Both the position numbers and the translations under genes were made by a program. Under the pieces are notes generated by a model that saw only the letters and a list, made by a program, of their open reading frames with translations, did not search any database and was not told the DNA's origin. A stretch of DNA of 64,000 nt from Waterburya sp. (GTDB lineage Bacteria > Cyanobacteriota > Cyanobacteriia > Cyanobacteriales > Xenococcaceae): contig CBDCJV010000002.1 in assembly GCA_965217895.1 (NCBI GenBank), positions 5,056,001-5,120,000 on the forward strand, read 5' to 3'. Positions 21,429 to 32,722 of the stretch are shown one piece after another. The stretch's first letter is position 1. The number at the start of each line of letters is the position of its first letter.

Positions 21429-24400
21429 CTAGACTTCTTCAATACTTTCTTCTCGCTGCAAGGATTCATAGGTAGGTCGGTTAGGAGTGCGACGAGGAGT
21501 ATCTGCCATTAAATCCACTTCCACATCACGGCTGCTACCGTCGTCTAAAGCTTCAAGTTTATGTACCGCAATATCTAAGCCCAAGGACTGTAGTTCTCGC
21601 ATCAACACTTTGAAGGATTCTGGTGTACCAGGACGGGGAATTGGTTTTCCCTTGACAATCGAATTTAGAGCTTCGTTTCGTCCCTGCATATCATCGGATT
21701 TAACTGTTAACAGTTCTTGTAAAGTATAGGCTGCACCATAAGCTTCTAATGCCCATACCTCCATTTCTCCAAATCTTTGTCCACCCTGTTGTGCTTTACC
21801 ACCCAGAGGCTGTTGAGTAACTAGAGAATAAGGACCGGTAGAACGAGCATGAATCTTGTCATCTACAAGGTGAACCAGCTTGAGCATATAAGCTTTACCT
21901 ATCGTTACAGGTCGATCAAATGCTTCGCCCGTGCGTCCATCAAATACCTGAATTTTGCCAGGATTATCCTCGTCATAGACCCAAGATTTACCTGGTTTCT
22001 TGGCAGCATCCTGGATTTTGCCGTGTACTGTTTCTCTTGATGCTTCTTTGCCGTACATCTCATCGAAAGGCATCATTTTAAAGCGCATGGCTAAGTTTTC
22101 TCCAGCCCAACCCAAAAGACACTCAAATACCTGCCCGACATTCATCCGTGAGGGAACACCCAAGGGATTAAGAGCAATATCAATGGGAGTACCATCAGGT
22201 AAATAGGGCATATCTTCAATTGGTAAGATGCGGGAAATAATTCCTTTATTACCATGACGACCAGCCATTTTATCTCCTACCTGAATCTTGCGTTTTTGTG
22301 CCACATAGATTCTGACAACCATGTTGGCACCAGGAGGTAGTTCATCACCTTGTTCTCTAGTAAAGACGCGCACGTCTACAACTCTGCCTTTTTCACCATT
22401 AGGAACTCTCAAGGAGTTATCCCGCACGTCTCTGGCTTTCTCTCCAAAGATTGCTCTGAGTAGTTTTTCTTCAGGGGGTTGATCGGATTCTCCCTTGGGA
22501 GTTACTTTACCTACCAATATTTCTCCTGCTTCTACCCAGGCACCAACGTGAATAATGCCACGCTCGTCAAGGTTGCGTAGGGCATCTTCACCGACGTTAG
22601 GAATCTCTCTAGTGATTTCTTCTGGTCCTAATTTGGTTTGTCTAGCCTCAATTTCAAATTTCTCGACGTGAATGCTAGTGTAAACATCGTCATAAACTAG
22701 ACGTTCGCTAATTAAAATCGCATCCTCATAGTTATATCCCTCCCAGGGCATATAGGCGATGAGAACATTTTGTCCTAATGCTAATTCTCCACCTTCGGTA
22801 GAAGAACCATCTGCTAATACCTGTCCTGGCACGACATCTTCACCTGCGTATACCAAAGGTCGCTGATTCAAGCAGGTATCTTGGTTAGAACGCTGATATT
22901 TCTGTAGCTTGTAGGTAATTTCTTGTCCTGGTTCGGGGGCATAAAGTCCATTATTGCCTTCTTCTACCCTAACTCTAACTACTTCAGCATCCACATAGGT
23001 GACAATCCCATGGGTACGAGAGACAACAACCATTCCCGAGTCACGGGCAGCTTGAGCTTCTAATCCAGTTCCTACAAGAGGACGTTCTGGACGTAACAGA
23101 GGCACAGCCTGACGCTGCATATTAGAACCCATTAGGGCGCGGTTAGCATCATCGTGTTCTAAAAAAGGAATTAGGCTAGTCGCTACAGAAACGATCTGTA
23201 CAGGAGAAATGGCGACATAATCTACTTCTTCAGAATCGCAGGTAGAAAATTCTTGGCGATAACGAATAGCAATTGTCTCGCCCAAGATATAACCATTATC
23301 ATCGGTAGCTACGTCCCCAGGTGCAACTCTCATATCGTCTTCTTCATCGGCGGTGAGATATACAGGCTCGTCGTCCCTTAATACGCGACCGTTTTCGACT
23401 CGATAATAGGGAGTGGCAATAAAACCATAGGGATTGACGCGGGCATAGGTAGCCAAAGAACCAATCAAGCCAGCATTAGGCCCTTCAGGAGTTTCTACAG
23501 GGCAAATACGACCATACTGGGTAGGGTGAATATCTCGTACTGCAAAACCAGCTCTTTCTCTAGTTAAACCCCCTGGTCCTAAAGCTGATAAACGACGCTT
23601 GTGGGTCAACTCTGCCAGAGGATTAGTTTGATCCATAAACTGAGATAGCTGAGAAGAACCAAAGAATTCTTTGATGGCTGCTACTAATGGTTTGGGGTTA
23701 ACTAAAGCTGCGGGAGTAAGGGTATTTGCTTCGCTTACGGTCATCCGTTCGCGAATTATTCTTTCTAAACGATTTAAACCGACCCTGACCTGATTCTGCA
23801 ACAGTTCTCCTACCGAACGCACTCGACGGTTTCCCAGGTGGTCAATATCATCAGTGCTGCCACCGTCAAATTCGAGGTTAATTAGATAAGCTACTGCTGC
23901 CAAAATATCAGTAGTAGTTAAAACTCTTGTAGTATCAGGAACAGTCAGACGGAGCTTTTTATTAATTTTATAACGACCAACCCGCCCTAAGTCATAACGT
24001 TTGGAATCAAAGAAACGGGATTCTAGTAGCTGCTGTCCACCACTGACGGTAGGAGGCTCACCAGGACGCAATTTACGATAAAGCTCTAGCAGTGCCTCTT
24101 CTTCGGTAGGATTGCCTTCTTTATCTAAAGTTTTTTGATAAAAGTCTGGATGACGAATGCCATCGAGAATCTCATTATCGCTTAAGCCGATCGCCTTTAA
24201 CAATACTTGAGCCGAAAGTTTACGAGTCTTGTCAATTCTGACCCAAACTAAACCATTTTTATCGGTTTCAAATTTTAACCAGGCTCCACGATTAGGAATC
24301 AAAGAAGCAGAATAGGTACGACGACCGTTTTTATCAGTCTCTGCCTTGTAGTATACCCCAGGCGATCGCACTATTTGATTGACAATTACCCTCTCTGCAC

Positions 24401-24740
24401 CGTTAATAATAAACGTGCCGCGATCGGTCATCAGAGGTAAATCGCCGACAAACACATCCATTTCTTTAATTTCACCGCTTTCTTTGTCGATCAGGCGAGT
24501 AGGAACATATACCTGTACGTTGTAGGTGCTATCACGGCGTTTTGCCTCCTCCATGGAATATTTTGGTTCTTTGAGCCGATAGTTTTCACCCATGAAATGT
24601 AGCTCAAATTTACCTGTATAGTCAGTGATAGGCGAAAAACTATTTAGTTCTTCAATTAATCCTTCTTCTAGAAACCAACGAAAACTAGAGCGTTGAATTT
24701 CAATTAAGTCTGGTAGCAAGTTGTAAGTCAGATTGTTCAT
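21429..24740 (-). CDS. rpoB: DNA-directed RNA polymerase subunit beta
   Basis: [30 protein letters not shown] and [14 protein letters not shown] motifs. Confidence 0.98.
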   Translation of the reverse strand: MNNLTYNLLPDLIEIQRSSFRWFLEEGLIEELNSFSPITDYTGKFELHFMGENYRLKEPKYSMEEAKRRDSTYNVQVYVPTRLIDKESGEIKEMDVFVGDLPLMTDRGTFIINGAERVIVNQIVRSPGVYYKAETDKNGRRTYSASLIPNRGAWLKFETDKNGLVWVRIDKTRKLSAQVLLKAIGLSDNEILDGIRHPDFYQKTLDKEGNPTEEEALLELYRKLRPGEPPTVSGGQQLLESRFFDSKRYDLGRVGRYKINKKLRLTVPDTTRVLTTTDILAAVAYLINLEFDGGSTDDIDHLGNRRVRSVGELLQNQVRVGLNRLERIIRERMTVSEANTLTPAALVNPKPLVAAIKEFFGSSQLSQFMDQTNPLAELTHKRRLSALGPGGLTRERAGFAVRDIHPTQYGRICPVETPEGPNAGLIGSLATYARVNPYGFIATPYYRVENGRVLRDDEPVYLTADEEDDMRVAPGDVATDDNGYILGETIAIRYRQEFSTCDSEEVDYVAISPVQIVSVATSLIPFLEHDDANRALMGSNMQRQAVPLLRPERPLVGTGLEAQAARDSGMVVVSRTHGIVTYVDAEVVRVRVEEGNNGLYAPEPGQEITYKLQKYQRSNQDTCLNQRPLVYAGEDVVPGQVLADGSSTEGGELALGQNVLIAYMPWEGYNYEDAILISERLVYDDVYTSIHVEKFEIEARQTKLGPEEITREIPNVGEDALRNLDERGIIHVGAWVEAGEILVGKVTPKGESDQPPEEKLLRAIFGEKARDVRDNSLRVPNGEKGRVVDVRVFTREQGDELPPGANMVVRIYVAQKRKIQVGDKMAGRHGNKGIISRILPIEDMPYLPDGTPIDIALNPLGVPSRMNVGQVFECLLGWAGENLAMRFKMMPFDEMYGKEASRETVHGKIQDAAKKPGKSWVYDEDNPGKIQVFDGRTGEAFDRPVTIGKAYMLKLVHLVDDKIHARSTGPYSLVTQQPLGGKAQQGGQRFGEMEVWALEAYGAAYTLQELLTVKSDDMQGRNEALNSIVKGKPIPRPGTPESFKVLMRELQSLGLDIAVHKLEALDDGSSRDVEVDLMADTPRRTPNRPTYESLQREESIEEV

Positions 24741-24821
24741 GAAGATTATGCTTGGTAATGTGTTTAAGTTCTCGGCTCGTCAAAAAACTGGTCAATTATA
24801 AATTAAAGTTAAATTTTGGTT

Positions 24822-25613
24822 TTATGGTTTGTTCTCTAGTTTTAAATTAAATAAGCGACAAGCATTAGCAGTTGTTTGTTTGGCTATAGTTTCAATTGAA
24901 GTTTGACGCAGCTTTGCCACCTGTTGAGCTACGTGCAGTACATAAGAGGGTTCGTTGGTTTTACCTCGCCACGGTACAGGTGCTAGAAAAGGACAGTCTG
25001 TTTCGATCAATAAGCGATCGCTAGGAACTGTTTTGGCTGCTGCCTGAACCTGCCTGGCGTTTTTGAAGGTGACAATACCGCTATAGCTAATATAAAAACC
25101 TAAGTCTAAAAACCACTTTGTCTCTATTTCGTTTCCTCCCCAGCAGTGCATTACGCCATTCACCGAACCTTCTGTTGCCCAAAAGTCGGTTAGTACATCT
25201 TTTAACTTTGACGCTGCCTCCCGACAGTGAATAATTACGGGTTTATTTAATTCTTTAGCTACTCGTAGTTGCGCTTCTAAAGCCAAAACCTGCTTTGACT
25301 GGTTATCAGCTTTATAAAAGTCTAACCCCGTTTCCCCAATAGCTACCACTCGCTGGTCTGACGCTGCCAAGTTCTTGATTTGCCAAGCAGTGTCAGCTTG
25401 CCATTTATCTACATCTAGTGGATGCAAGCCAACTGCAAATGACAATTCAGGAAAACGATTCGCAATAGACTGTATTCCCTGAAATTCGCTTGGTTCCACA
25501 CAAGAGTGTACTAAATGAACTACACCTGCTTCTTGCCAACGCTGCTTCAACGAGTCTAAATTCCCTTGAAAAACATCGAAATTGATGTGTACATGGGTAT
25601 CTATTAACTGCAT
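24822..25613 (-). CDS. tatD: TatD family hydrolase
   Basis: IDTHVH, GLHP, IGETGLD and [11 protein letters not shown]; conserved position between rpsT and rpoB. Confidence 0.92.
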   Translation of the reverse strand: MQLIDTHVHINFDVFQGNLDSLKQRWQEAGVVHLVHSCVEPSEFQGIQSIANRFPELSFAVGLHPLDVDKWQADTAWQIKNLAASDQRVVAIGETGLDFYKADNQSKQVLALEAQLRVAKELNKPVIIHCREAASKLKDVLTDFWATEGSVNGVMHCWGGNEIETKWFLDLGFYISYSGIVTFKNARQVQAAAKTVPSDRLLIETDCPFLAPVPWRGKTNEPSYVLHVAQQVAKLRQTSIETIAKQTTANACRLFNLKLENKP

Positions 25614-25732
25614 TTAAATTGGTGTATTGTTTGCTTGATAATTTTATGCCCACTAACCTGAGTCAGTAACCCCGAACTTTAGATAAGCTCTCAAAAAAGA
25701 AATTTTTGTTCAACAACTGACACCACTAGCTA

Positions 25733-26023
25733 TTAAGCTACGGTTGCCTTGTTCAAAACTCTAGCAATGCGAGCCTTTTTTCTAGCTCCATTATTTCGAT
25801 GCAGCACTTTACGCTTAACGGCTTTGTCGATTTTGCTATAGGCTGCGGACATTGCTTGATTAATGACCTCCATATTCTCTGGAGTTGGCTCGGCTGTGTA
25901 GGTTTCTACCGCACCAAAATACTTTTTGGTTAGAGTTCTTAACGCCGACTTGTACGCTTTGTTGCGCAGGCGATTGCGCTCTGATGTTCTGATACGTTTG
26001 ATTGCCGATTTAGAATTAGCCAC
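25733..26023 (-). CDS. rpsT: 30S ribosomal protein S20
   Basis: [34 protein letters not shown] start. Confidence 0.96.
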   Translation of the reverse strand: MANSKSAIKRIRTSERNRLRNKAYKSALRTLTKKYFGAVETYTAEPTPENMEVINQAMSAAYSKIDKAVKRKVLHRNNGARKKARIARVLNKATVA

Positions 26024-26312
26024 AGTTTTAAAAACAGAAATTTACTTTGTAAGTAATTTTGAAAGTATATATAGAAGACGGATTTTACAGTATATCAATT
26101 TTTAAAAAATACTGTCAAGATAAAATCAAAATTCAAAATATTTTGGGTTTGAGCAGCAAATTGCTTCAAACTGGCAATTTGTTGAGAAACAGGCGAGTAA
26201 ATATAGATTCACGTTAAGCTAAGAGAAGAGTATATTACTATAGAAAGTTTTCGTTTTTATAGTAGCAATTTTAGAAGCAAAAGCTTACTCTTGTATATTA
26301 GCTCAAACGGAC

Positions 26313-27617
26313 ATGGGGATCTCGATGCTGCGAATAATTGATCGGCAAAGTGAGGCAGAAGCGGAATTAAAGCGTATTGGCGATCGCAACAATGGTGATG
26401 ATATTCAGCCAAAAGAAGCTGTGGTTAGAGAAGTTATCACCAATGTCAAGAAAAATGGCGATCGCGCTTTACTTGAGTACACGGAAAAATTTGACCATCA
26501 AGTATGCACCGCCAACCAATTGCGAGTCAGTGGTTCAGAATTGGATGCTGCTTATCAGCAAATATCCAAAGATTTGCTCCGTGCTATTCAATTAGCCAGT
26601 CAGAAAATAGAAGCATTTCACCGCCAGCGAGTTCCCAAATCATGGGTACAGTTTGAAGAAGATAACGTAGTTTTGGGCAAACGCTATACGCCCATTGATA
26701 GGGCAGGACTATATGTTCCTGGAGGCACAGCATCCTATCCTAGCACAGTCTTGATGAATGCTATTCCTGCCAAGGTGGCGCAAGTTCCTCACATCGTTAT
26801 GGTTACTCCTCCTGGTCGAGATGGCAAAATCAATCCTGCGGTGCTGGTAGCGGCACAAGAAGCAGGAGTAGAAGAAATTTATCGTATTGGCGGGGCGCAA
26901 GCTATAGCTGCATTAGCTTATGGTACAGAAACCATTCCTCAGGTTGATATAATTACTGGACCAGGAAATATCTACGTTACCTTAGCTAAAAAAATGGTTT
27001 ACGGTACTGTGGGCATTGACTCTCTGGCTGGACCATCTGAAGTATTAGTTATTGCCGACTCGCTGGCAAACCCCATTTACGTTGCTGCTGATATGCTGGC
27101 TCAGGCAGAACACGATCCGATGGCTGCTGCTATATTAATAACTACCGATCCTGTCCTGGCAAAACAAGTGCAGCAGGAAGTTACCAAGCAGCTAGCCAAT
27201 CATCCCCGTAAGATCTTAACCGAAAAGGCGATCGCTCATTATGGTCTAATAGTCATTGTCAATTCCTTAGCCGAAGCAGCAGAGCTTTCAAATTTATTTG
27301 CTCCCGAACACCTAGAGCTAGAAATAGCAGAGCCTTGGGACTTGATTGAGAAAATTCGCCATGCAGGAGCAATTTTTATCGGCAACTCTACTCCAGAAGC
27401 TACTGGAGACTATTTAGCAGGACCTAATCATACCCTCCCAACCTCAGGGGCCGCCCGTTATGCTTCAGCCTTAGGAGTAGAAACCTTTATGAAACATTCG
27501 AGCTTAATTCAATATTCACCTACGGCTCTTAAAAAAATGTCTAGCACTATTCAAATTTTAGCTCAGGCAGAAGGTTTGACTTCTCATGCTGATTCAGTGA
27601 AGTTTAGGACGCAATAG
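26313..27617 (+). CDS. hisD: Histidinol dehydrogenase
   Basis: GLYVPGG, GGAQAIAALAYG, AGPSE, QAEHD, APEHL and GPNHTLPT motifs; alternative start at 26325. Confidence 0.95.
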   Translation: MGISMLRIIDRQSEAEAELKRIGDRNNGDDIQPKEAVVREVITNVKKNGDRALLEYTEKFDHQVCTANQLRVSGSELDAAYQQISKDLLRAIQLASQKIEAFHRQRVPKSWVQFEEDNVVLGKRYTPIDRAGLYVPGGTASYPSTVLMNAIPAKVAQVPHIVMVTPPGRDGKINPAVLVAAQEAGVEEIYRIGGAQAIAALAYGTETIPQVDIITGPGNIYVTLAKKMVYGTVGIDSLAGPSEVLVIADSLANPIYVAADMLAQAEHDPMAAAILITTDPVLAKQVQQEVTKQLANHPRKILTEKAIAHYGLIVIVNSLAEAAELSNLFAPEHLELEIAEPWDLIEKIRHAGAIFIGNSTPEATGDYLAGPNHTLPTSGAARYASALGVETFMKHSSLIQYSPTALKKMSSTIQILAQAEGLTSHADSVKFRTQ

Positions 27618-27720
27618 ATAACTAGATTATAGGGAGAATACACCTACAATAGAGATGCGATCGCCATAATCTAGAAATTAGATTGAGTAAGATATTTTTT
27701 GCTACTTGATAGCCAAGGGT

Positions 27721-30456
27721 TTACTTTTCTGATGAGACAACCTGAGGTTTTTCATCTGATTTTGGCGGTGATTGCTTTTCTTGATGATTAGCTTTCTTCT
27801 GCTCATTTTCCTTAGGCTCAAGGGGTTGAGAAGTAGTTTCTTTATCAAAGATTAGCTTTTGGTCTACACAATCTACTACAATTTTGTCTCCTGCGGTATA
27901 AGTGTTATCCAAAATCATCGTCGCAATTGGATTTTGTAATTCCCGTTGAATTGCTCGTTTCAAGGGACGCGCACCATAAGCAGGATCGTAGCCAATATCG
28001 ACAATGCGATCTTGGGCTGCGGTCGAAAGCTCAATGGTGATTTTTTGTTCGCTTAATAGGCGTTGAATACCTTCAATTTGAATCGAGACAATCTGTTTGA
28101 GTTCTTCTTTCTTCAAGCCGTGGAAAATAATTAAATCATCGATGCGATTGAGAAACTCTGGGCGAAAATGACTCCGCAAAGCTTGATTTACCTGCTTGTA
28201 AATCTCTTCATAATCCTCATCTTCGCCTTTGACATTAAGAATGTGTTCACTACCGATATTGCTAGTCATAACGATAATGGCGTTGCGGAAGTCTACTATT
28301 CGTCCTTGAGAGTCGGTAATTCTGCCATCATCTAGCACCTGAAGCAAAATGTTAAACACATCCTTGTGGGCTTTTTCTACTTCATCTAGTAGCACTACGC
28401 AGTAAGGACGACGGCGCACGGCTTCGGTTAGCTGTCCTCCTTCTTCAAAGCCAATGTATCCAGGAGGCGCACCCACTAAGCGAGATACCGCGTGCTTCTC
28501 CATATACTCGGACATATCAATTCGCACCATCGCCTCTTCGCTATCAAAAAGAAATGCAGCTAAAGCTCTGGCCAATTCGGTTTTGCCCACCCCTGTCGGA
28601 CCCATAAAAAGGAATGAGCCAATTGGTCTGCCAGGGTCTTTCATTCCTGCCCTAGCGCGACGAATAGCAGCCGATACTGCTGCCACAGGTTCTTGTTGCC
28701 CGATAACTCGCTGATGGAGGTGTCCTTCTAGCTGAAGCAGTTTTTGTCTTTCAGTTTCGAGCAGTCGGTTAATCGGTACACCCGTCCAATTAGCGACAAT
28801 TTCGGCTATATCTGATTCTGTTACCTGTTCTCGCAACAGAGTAGTGCCTGCTGATTGGATGTCAATTAGCTTAGTTTCTTTGGCTTCTAGATCTCTTTGC
28901 AAAGTTTCTAGCTTGCCGTATTTCAAAAGTGCAGCTTTTTCATGGTCGAAAGCTCTTTCGGCTTGGTCTAGCTGGAGGCGAGTTTTTTCCTCCTCTTCCT
29001 TAAGAGCATTTATTTCATCCAACAGGCTTTTTTCTGATTGCCATTGAGCAGACAGTCCAGTTTGCTTACCTTTTAAGGTTTTAATTTCTGCTTCAATCTT
29101 ACTCAACCTTTCCTTTGCTGCTTTATCGACGATCGCTATTCCTGGACGTTGGCTTTCCCCTGTTAAAGAAACTTTTTCCATTTCTAGCTGCATGATCCGA
29201 CGGTCAATATCTTCTAACTCACTGGGCTTGGAAGTGATCTCCATTTTCAATTTTGCTGCTGCTTCATCAATCAGATCGATCGCCTTATCGGGTAAAAAGC
29301 GTTCTGTAATATAACGTTGAGACAAGCTGGCTGCTGCGACCAAAGCCGAGTCGGTAATAGTCACGCCATGATGCACCTCATATCTTTCTTTTAATCCCCG
29401 CAAGATTGAGATAGTATCCTCAACGGAGGGCTGTTTAACGTATACCTGCTGAAAGCGTCTTTCTAAGGCTGGGTCTTTTTCAATATGCTTGCGATATTCA
29501 TCTAGGGTAGTTGCCCCAATACAGCGCAATTCACCCCGCGCCAACATAGGCTTGAGCAAGTTTCCTGCATCCATTGAGCCAGAACCTTCTCTTGCCCCCG
29601 CACCCACAACGGTATGCACCTCATCGATAAATAAAACTATCTGTCCGCTCGATTCAGTGACTTCTTTTAAAACTGCTCGCAAACGTTCTTCAAACTCGCC
29701 GCGATATTTTGCCCCTGCAATCAGGCTGCCCATATCCAGAGAAATCAATTGACGATTTTTAAGAGATTCGGGAACATCACCGTTAACAATCCGTTGTGCC
29801 AATCCTTCGGCGATCGCAGTTTTACCAACTCCAGGCTCACCAATCAATACAGGGTTATTTTTAGATCTGCGAGAAAGCACCTGAATTACCCGACGTATTT
29901 CTTCATCTCGACCGATCACAGGGTCAAGTTTGCCTGCTTTTGCTGCTTCAGTTAGATCGCGCCCATACTTTTCTAACGCCTGATACTGTTCTTCTTGGTT
30001 TTGTTTGGTTACTTTTTGCGAACCTCGAACTGATTTAATTATCTGTTCTAAGTCTTGAGGATCGAGATTAAAACTGCGCAAGGACTTCTTGCCAATGCGA
30101 GCATCTTCAGCAAACCCCATCAGGATATGCTCAATGGAAATAAAATCATCTTCCCAACTGACGCGACAAGCCTCAGCACGGTCTAACATTCGATCTAGGC
30201 TAGCCCCTAAATAGAGTTGAGATGAGCCTATTCTAGGCTGACGCTTAGTAAACATTTCTAGCTGTTGCTTAAGACGTAGGGGGTCTATATTTGCTTTATC
30301 TAAAATAGTTGTGGCTAGTCCTTGCTGTTCTAAAGTCGCCAAAATTAAATGCTCTACCTCTAAGTTTTGATTCTGAAATAACTTGGCGACTTCTTGGGAT
30401 TTAACGATCGCATCCCAGGCTTGTTCAGTAAACTTACTTTGGTCGGTAGGCTGCAT
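27721..30456 (-). CDS. clpB: ATP-dependent chaperone ClpB
   Basis: Two AAA+ modules ([16 protein letters not shown]), coiled-coil middle domain and a pore loop [13 protein letters not shown]. Confidence 0.95.
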   Translation of the reverse strand: MQPTDQSKFTEQAWDAIVKSQEVAKLFQNQNLEVEHLILATLEQQGLATTILDKANIDPLRLKQQLEMFTKRQPRIGSSQLYLGASLDRMLDRAEACRVSWEDDFISIEHILMGFAEDARIGKKSLRSFNLDPQDLEQIIKSVRGSQKVTKQNQEEQYQALEKYGRDLTEAAKAGKLDPVIGRDEEIRRVIQVLSRRSKNNPVLIGEPGVGKTAIAEGLAQRIVNGDVPESLKNRQLISLDMGSLIAGAKYRGEFEERLRAVLKEVTESSGQIVLFIDEVHTVVGAGAREGSGSMDAGNLLKPMLARGELRCIGATTLDEYRKHIEKDPALERRFQQVYVKQPSVEDTISILRGLKERYEVHHGVTITDSALVAAASLSQRYITERFLPDKAIDLIDEAAAKLKMEITSKPSELEDIDRRIMQLEMEKVSLTGESQRPGIAIVDKAAKERLSKIEAEIKTLKGKQTGLSAQWQSEKSLLDEINALKEEEEKTRLQLDQAERAFDHEKAALLKYGKLETLQRDLEAKETKLIDIQSAGTTLLREQVTESDIAEIVANWTGVPINRLLETERQKLLQLEGHLHQRVIGQQEPVAAVSAAIRRARAGMKDPGRPIGSFLFMGPTGVGKTELARALAAFLFDSEEAMVRIDMSEYMEKHAVSRLVGAPPGYIGFEEGGQLTEAVRRRPYCVVLLDEVEKAHKDVFNILLQVLDDGRITDSQGRIVDFRNAIIVMTSNIGSEHILNVKGEDEDYEEIYKQVNQALRSHFRPEFLNRIDDLIIFHGLKKEELKQIVSIQIEGIQRLLSEQKITIELSTAAQDRIVDIGYDPAYGARPLKRAIQRELQNPIATMILDNTYTAGDKIVVDCVDQKLIFDKETTSQPLEPKENEQKKANHQEKQSPPKSDEKPQVVSSEK

Positions 30457-30787
30457 ATTTTAGCTAAATAGGGTTTTTGAATTTTGATAATTGATGATGC
30501 TCAGTATAATCAGGCTTAAATTACTAAATATTAAAGCCAAAAATTACCTTTTTTGAAGACTTAATATAATAATATGTCTTGATAATAATTTTAGTCTTAT
30601 TTAATAGCCATTAGAAATCCAATAGTTTGAAATCTGTGGTTTTCCAGTTAATTGTTTTAAGTAACGAGTAAGTAGGTAGGAGACAATAAACCTTTTCATC
30701 AAAACTCCTGTTTTGAATATGGACGGGGTTTAGACTATGAGATGATAATAAACTCAGTTGAATTAGCCACTCAAATTTGTATTTGCA

Positions 30788-31105
30788 ATGTCCAATACCT
30801 ACGCCGTCGAAATAAATCATCAAGGTCAAACTCAAACTATCCAGGTTGAAGAAACACAAAGTATTTTAGAAGCTGCTACCAATGCAGGTATTGATTTGCC
30901 CTTTTCCTGTAGTGCTGGAGTATGTACTACCTGTGCTGCTCAAGTTCTCTCAGGAGAAGTGGAACAAAGTGAGGGCATGGGAGTCTCCCCAGAATTACAA
31001 GCTGAAGGATACGCCCTCTTGTGTGTAGCATATCCTCGTTCAGATATTAAACTAGAGTCTGGCAAAGAAGATATTGTCTATCAAAGACAGTTTGGCAAAC
31101 AGTAA
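30788..31105 (+). CDS. Plant-type [2Fe-2S] ferredoxin (Fed3/FdC1-like)
   Basis: CSAGVCTTC...LLC cluster ligands and C-terminal extension VYQRQFG. Confidence 0.9.
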   Translation: MSNTYAVEINHQGQTQTIQVEETQSILEAATNAGIDLPFSCSAGVCTTCAAQVLSGEVEQSEGMGVSPELQAEGYALLCVAYPRSDIKLESGKEDIVYQRQFGKQ

Positions 31106-31110
31106 TCATT

Positions 31111-31149
31111 TTAATGTTCAATGCTTAATGTTCAATGCTTAATGTTCAA
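31111..31149. repeat. Short tandem repeat (TTAATGTTCAATGC, about 2.8 copies; STRR-like) between convergent genes
   Basis: Units start at 31111, 31125 and 31139. Confidence 0.8.
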
Positions 31150-31703
31150 ACTATGCCAATACGCTCAAAAGGCCAAAATCGCAGTACAGCATGACCAATG
31201 ATATTTTCTGTTGGTAAAAATCCCCAGATGTGGGAATCATTACTATTGTTACGGTTGTCTCCCATGACAAATACTTGTCCCTCTGGGACTGTAACGGGCA
31301 TCAGATCATAATTAGGCGGTGCAGCAATATAATCTTCTGCTAAAGGTTGATTGTTAACATAAACTATTCCATCTTTAACAGCTACTGTCTCTCCCCCTAT
31401 AGCGATCGCTCTTTTGATGAAGGCCTGGTTTTTTTCGTAACCTAAAAGCCTAAGTTTGGTTGGCGGTTCAAAAACGACAATATCTCCTCTAGCTGGAGGA
31501 TTGAACTTGTATGCCACCTTTTCTACGACTAGGCGATCGCCGATTGCCAAAGTAGGAAACATGGACTCTGAAGGGATATAGCGAGGTTCAGCAATAAAGA
31601 CCCGAATTAAAAAGGCTAAAACTAGAGCAATAGCGACTGTTGTGCCATTTTCTTTGATATTGCGCCATAAACTAGCTTTTTTATTTATTTCAGTAGAAGG
31701 CAT
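31146..31703 (-). CDS. lepB: Signal peptidase I
   Basis: YIPSESMFPTL, FIKRAIA and VMGDNRNNSNDSH motifs. Confidence 0.93.
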   Translation of the reverse strand: MPSTEINKKASLWRNIKENGTTVAIALVLAFLIRVFIAEPRYIPSESMFPTLAIGDRLVVEKVAYKFNPPARGDIVVFEPPTKLRLLGYEKNQAFIKRAIAIGGETVAVKDGIVYVNNQPLAEDYIAAPPNYDLMPVTVPEGQVFVMGDNRNNSNDSHIWGFLPTENIIGHAVLRFWPFERIGIV

Positions 31704-31734
31704 AAATTATCAAATGACCAATTATCTTTAGAAT

Positions 31735-32439
31735 GTGAATTTACCTATTAATACTATTGTCGTTCCTCAAGGGGCAGAATACCAAGCTGTCTGTCGTGGC
31801 TTACAACCCAGAGCGAATAAGATTCAAGTTATTGCCATCCCTATTGGTACAAAAGATGTATTACAAACCTTAGTTAATCGCTCTTTTGAATTTACTACTC
31901 CCCAAAGGGTGTTAATTATGGGCTTGTGTGGCAGCCTTTCCCAGCAATATTCTGTAGGAGATACAGTCCTCTACCAAGACTGCTGTAATCTAAATCGGCA
32001 GTGTCTTAATTTAGAACCTGAATTAACTACTATGATTCAGCATAAGCTATCTCTCAACTTGGTTACGGGTTTAACTAGCGATCGCCCAATTTGTCTAGCT
32101 ACCCAAAAACGCCAGCTTGCTCAACAATATGCTGCTGAAGCTGTGGATATGGAAGGTTATGACTATGTTAAAGAGCTACAGCGTCAGGGAATGTCTGTAG
32201 CTATGTTACGGGTAATTAGTGATGATTTAACAGGTAATATACCTAATTTAAGCCCAGCTATTGATGAAGATGGTAATTTAAAGTCTTTGCCACTGGCGAT
32301 CGCATTTTTACGTCAGCCTATCGCTGCAATTAGATTAATCAAAGGTTCTTTAATAGGATTAAAAAAGCTGCAACAAATTACTACTAAATTGTGCCTGATG
32401 TATAGTTATACCGATTTAAATTTTAAATATGACAGATAA
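31735..32439 (+). CDS. Nucleoside phosphorylase superfamily (PNP/UDP_1-like) protein
   Basis: IMGLCGSL, AVDMEG and LRVISDD motifs; GTG start. Confidence 0.7.
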   Translation: MNLPINTIVVPQGAEYQAVCRGLQPRANKIQVIAIPIGTKDVLQTLVNRSFEFTTPQRVLIMGLCGSLSQQYSVGDTVLYQDCCNLNRQCLNLEPELTTMIQHKLSLNLVTGLTSDRPICLATQKRQLAQQYAAEAVDMEGYDYVKELQRQGMSVAMLRVISDDLTGNIPNLSPAIDEDGNLKSLPLAIAFLRQPIAAIRLIKGSLIGLKKLQQITTKLCLMYSYTDLNFKYDR

Positions 32440-32447
32440 TTTGTGTA

Positions 32448-32475
32448 GTAAGGGCTACTCGCGAATAGCCCTTAC
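32448..32475. repeat. REP-like palindrome
   Basis: GTAAGGGCTA-CTCGCGAA-TAGCCCTTAC. Confidence 0.7.
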
Positions 32476-32501
32476 GAGATGTATGTAAAAAACACTATTT
32501 A

Positions 32502-32688
32502 ACCTCAGTTCGGGATAAGCTGAAACCTAACTTCTTCGTTACCAATTGGATGAATTGATTTTTGATCTTCAACAACCACGAAGGCACAGATAGGTTGTAA
32601 CAACTGACTTTGATTAAAAGGCTAAAAGCTAATAGTTAAAAGCTGATAGCTACCTTAACCGATCAATTGTCTTAACCCGAACTCAGGT
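32502..32688. mobile_element. MITE (187 bp), copy 2 of the IS982-like family
   Basis: TIRs ACCTCAGTTCGGGATAAG and CTTAACCCGAACTCAGGT (16/18 match); 6-bp direct repeat TATTTA at 32496-32501 and 32689-32694. Shares GGGATAAGCTGAAACCT and the 3' part with 13184-13355. Confidence 0.8.
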
Positions 32689-32722
32689 TATTTAATTTAG
32701 TATCTTTATGCTTCGGAGTCTA

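Noticed and set aside
15445..24740. Inteins or introns in rpoB/rpoC1/rpoC2
   Set aside because: Lengths and motif order are normal; the large RpoC2 insert is the standard cyanobacterial SI3 region.
15833..29955. Short antisense or overlapping ORFs from the ORF track inside the rpo genes, hisD and clpB
   Set aside because: They are shadows of long conserved genes with no recognisable motifs. The same applies to similar ORFs inside hsdR, hsdM, prlC, the kinases and pilD.
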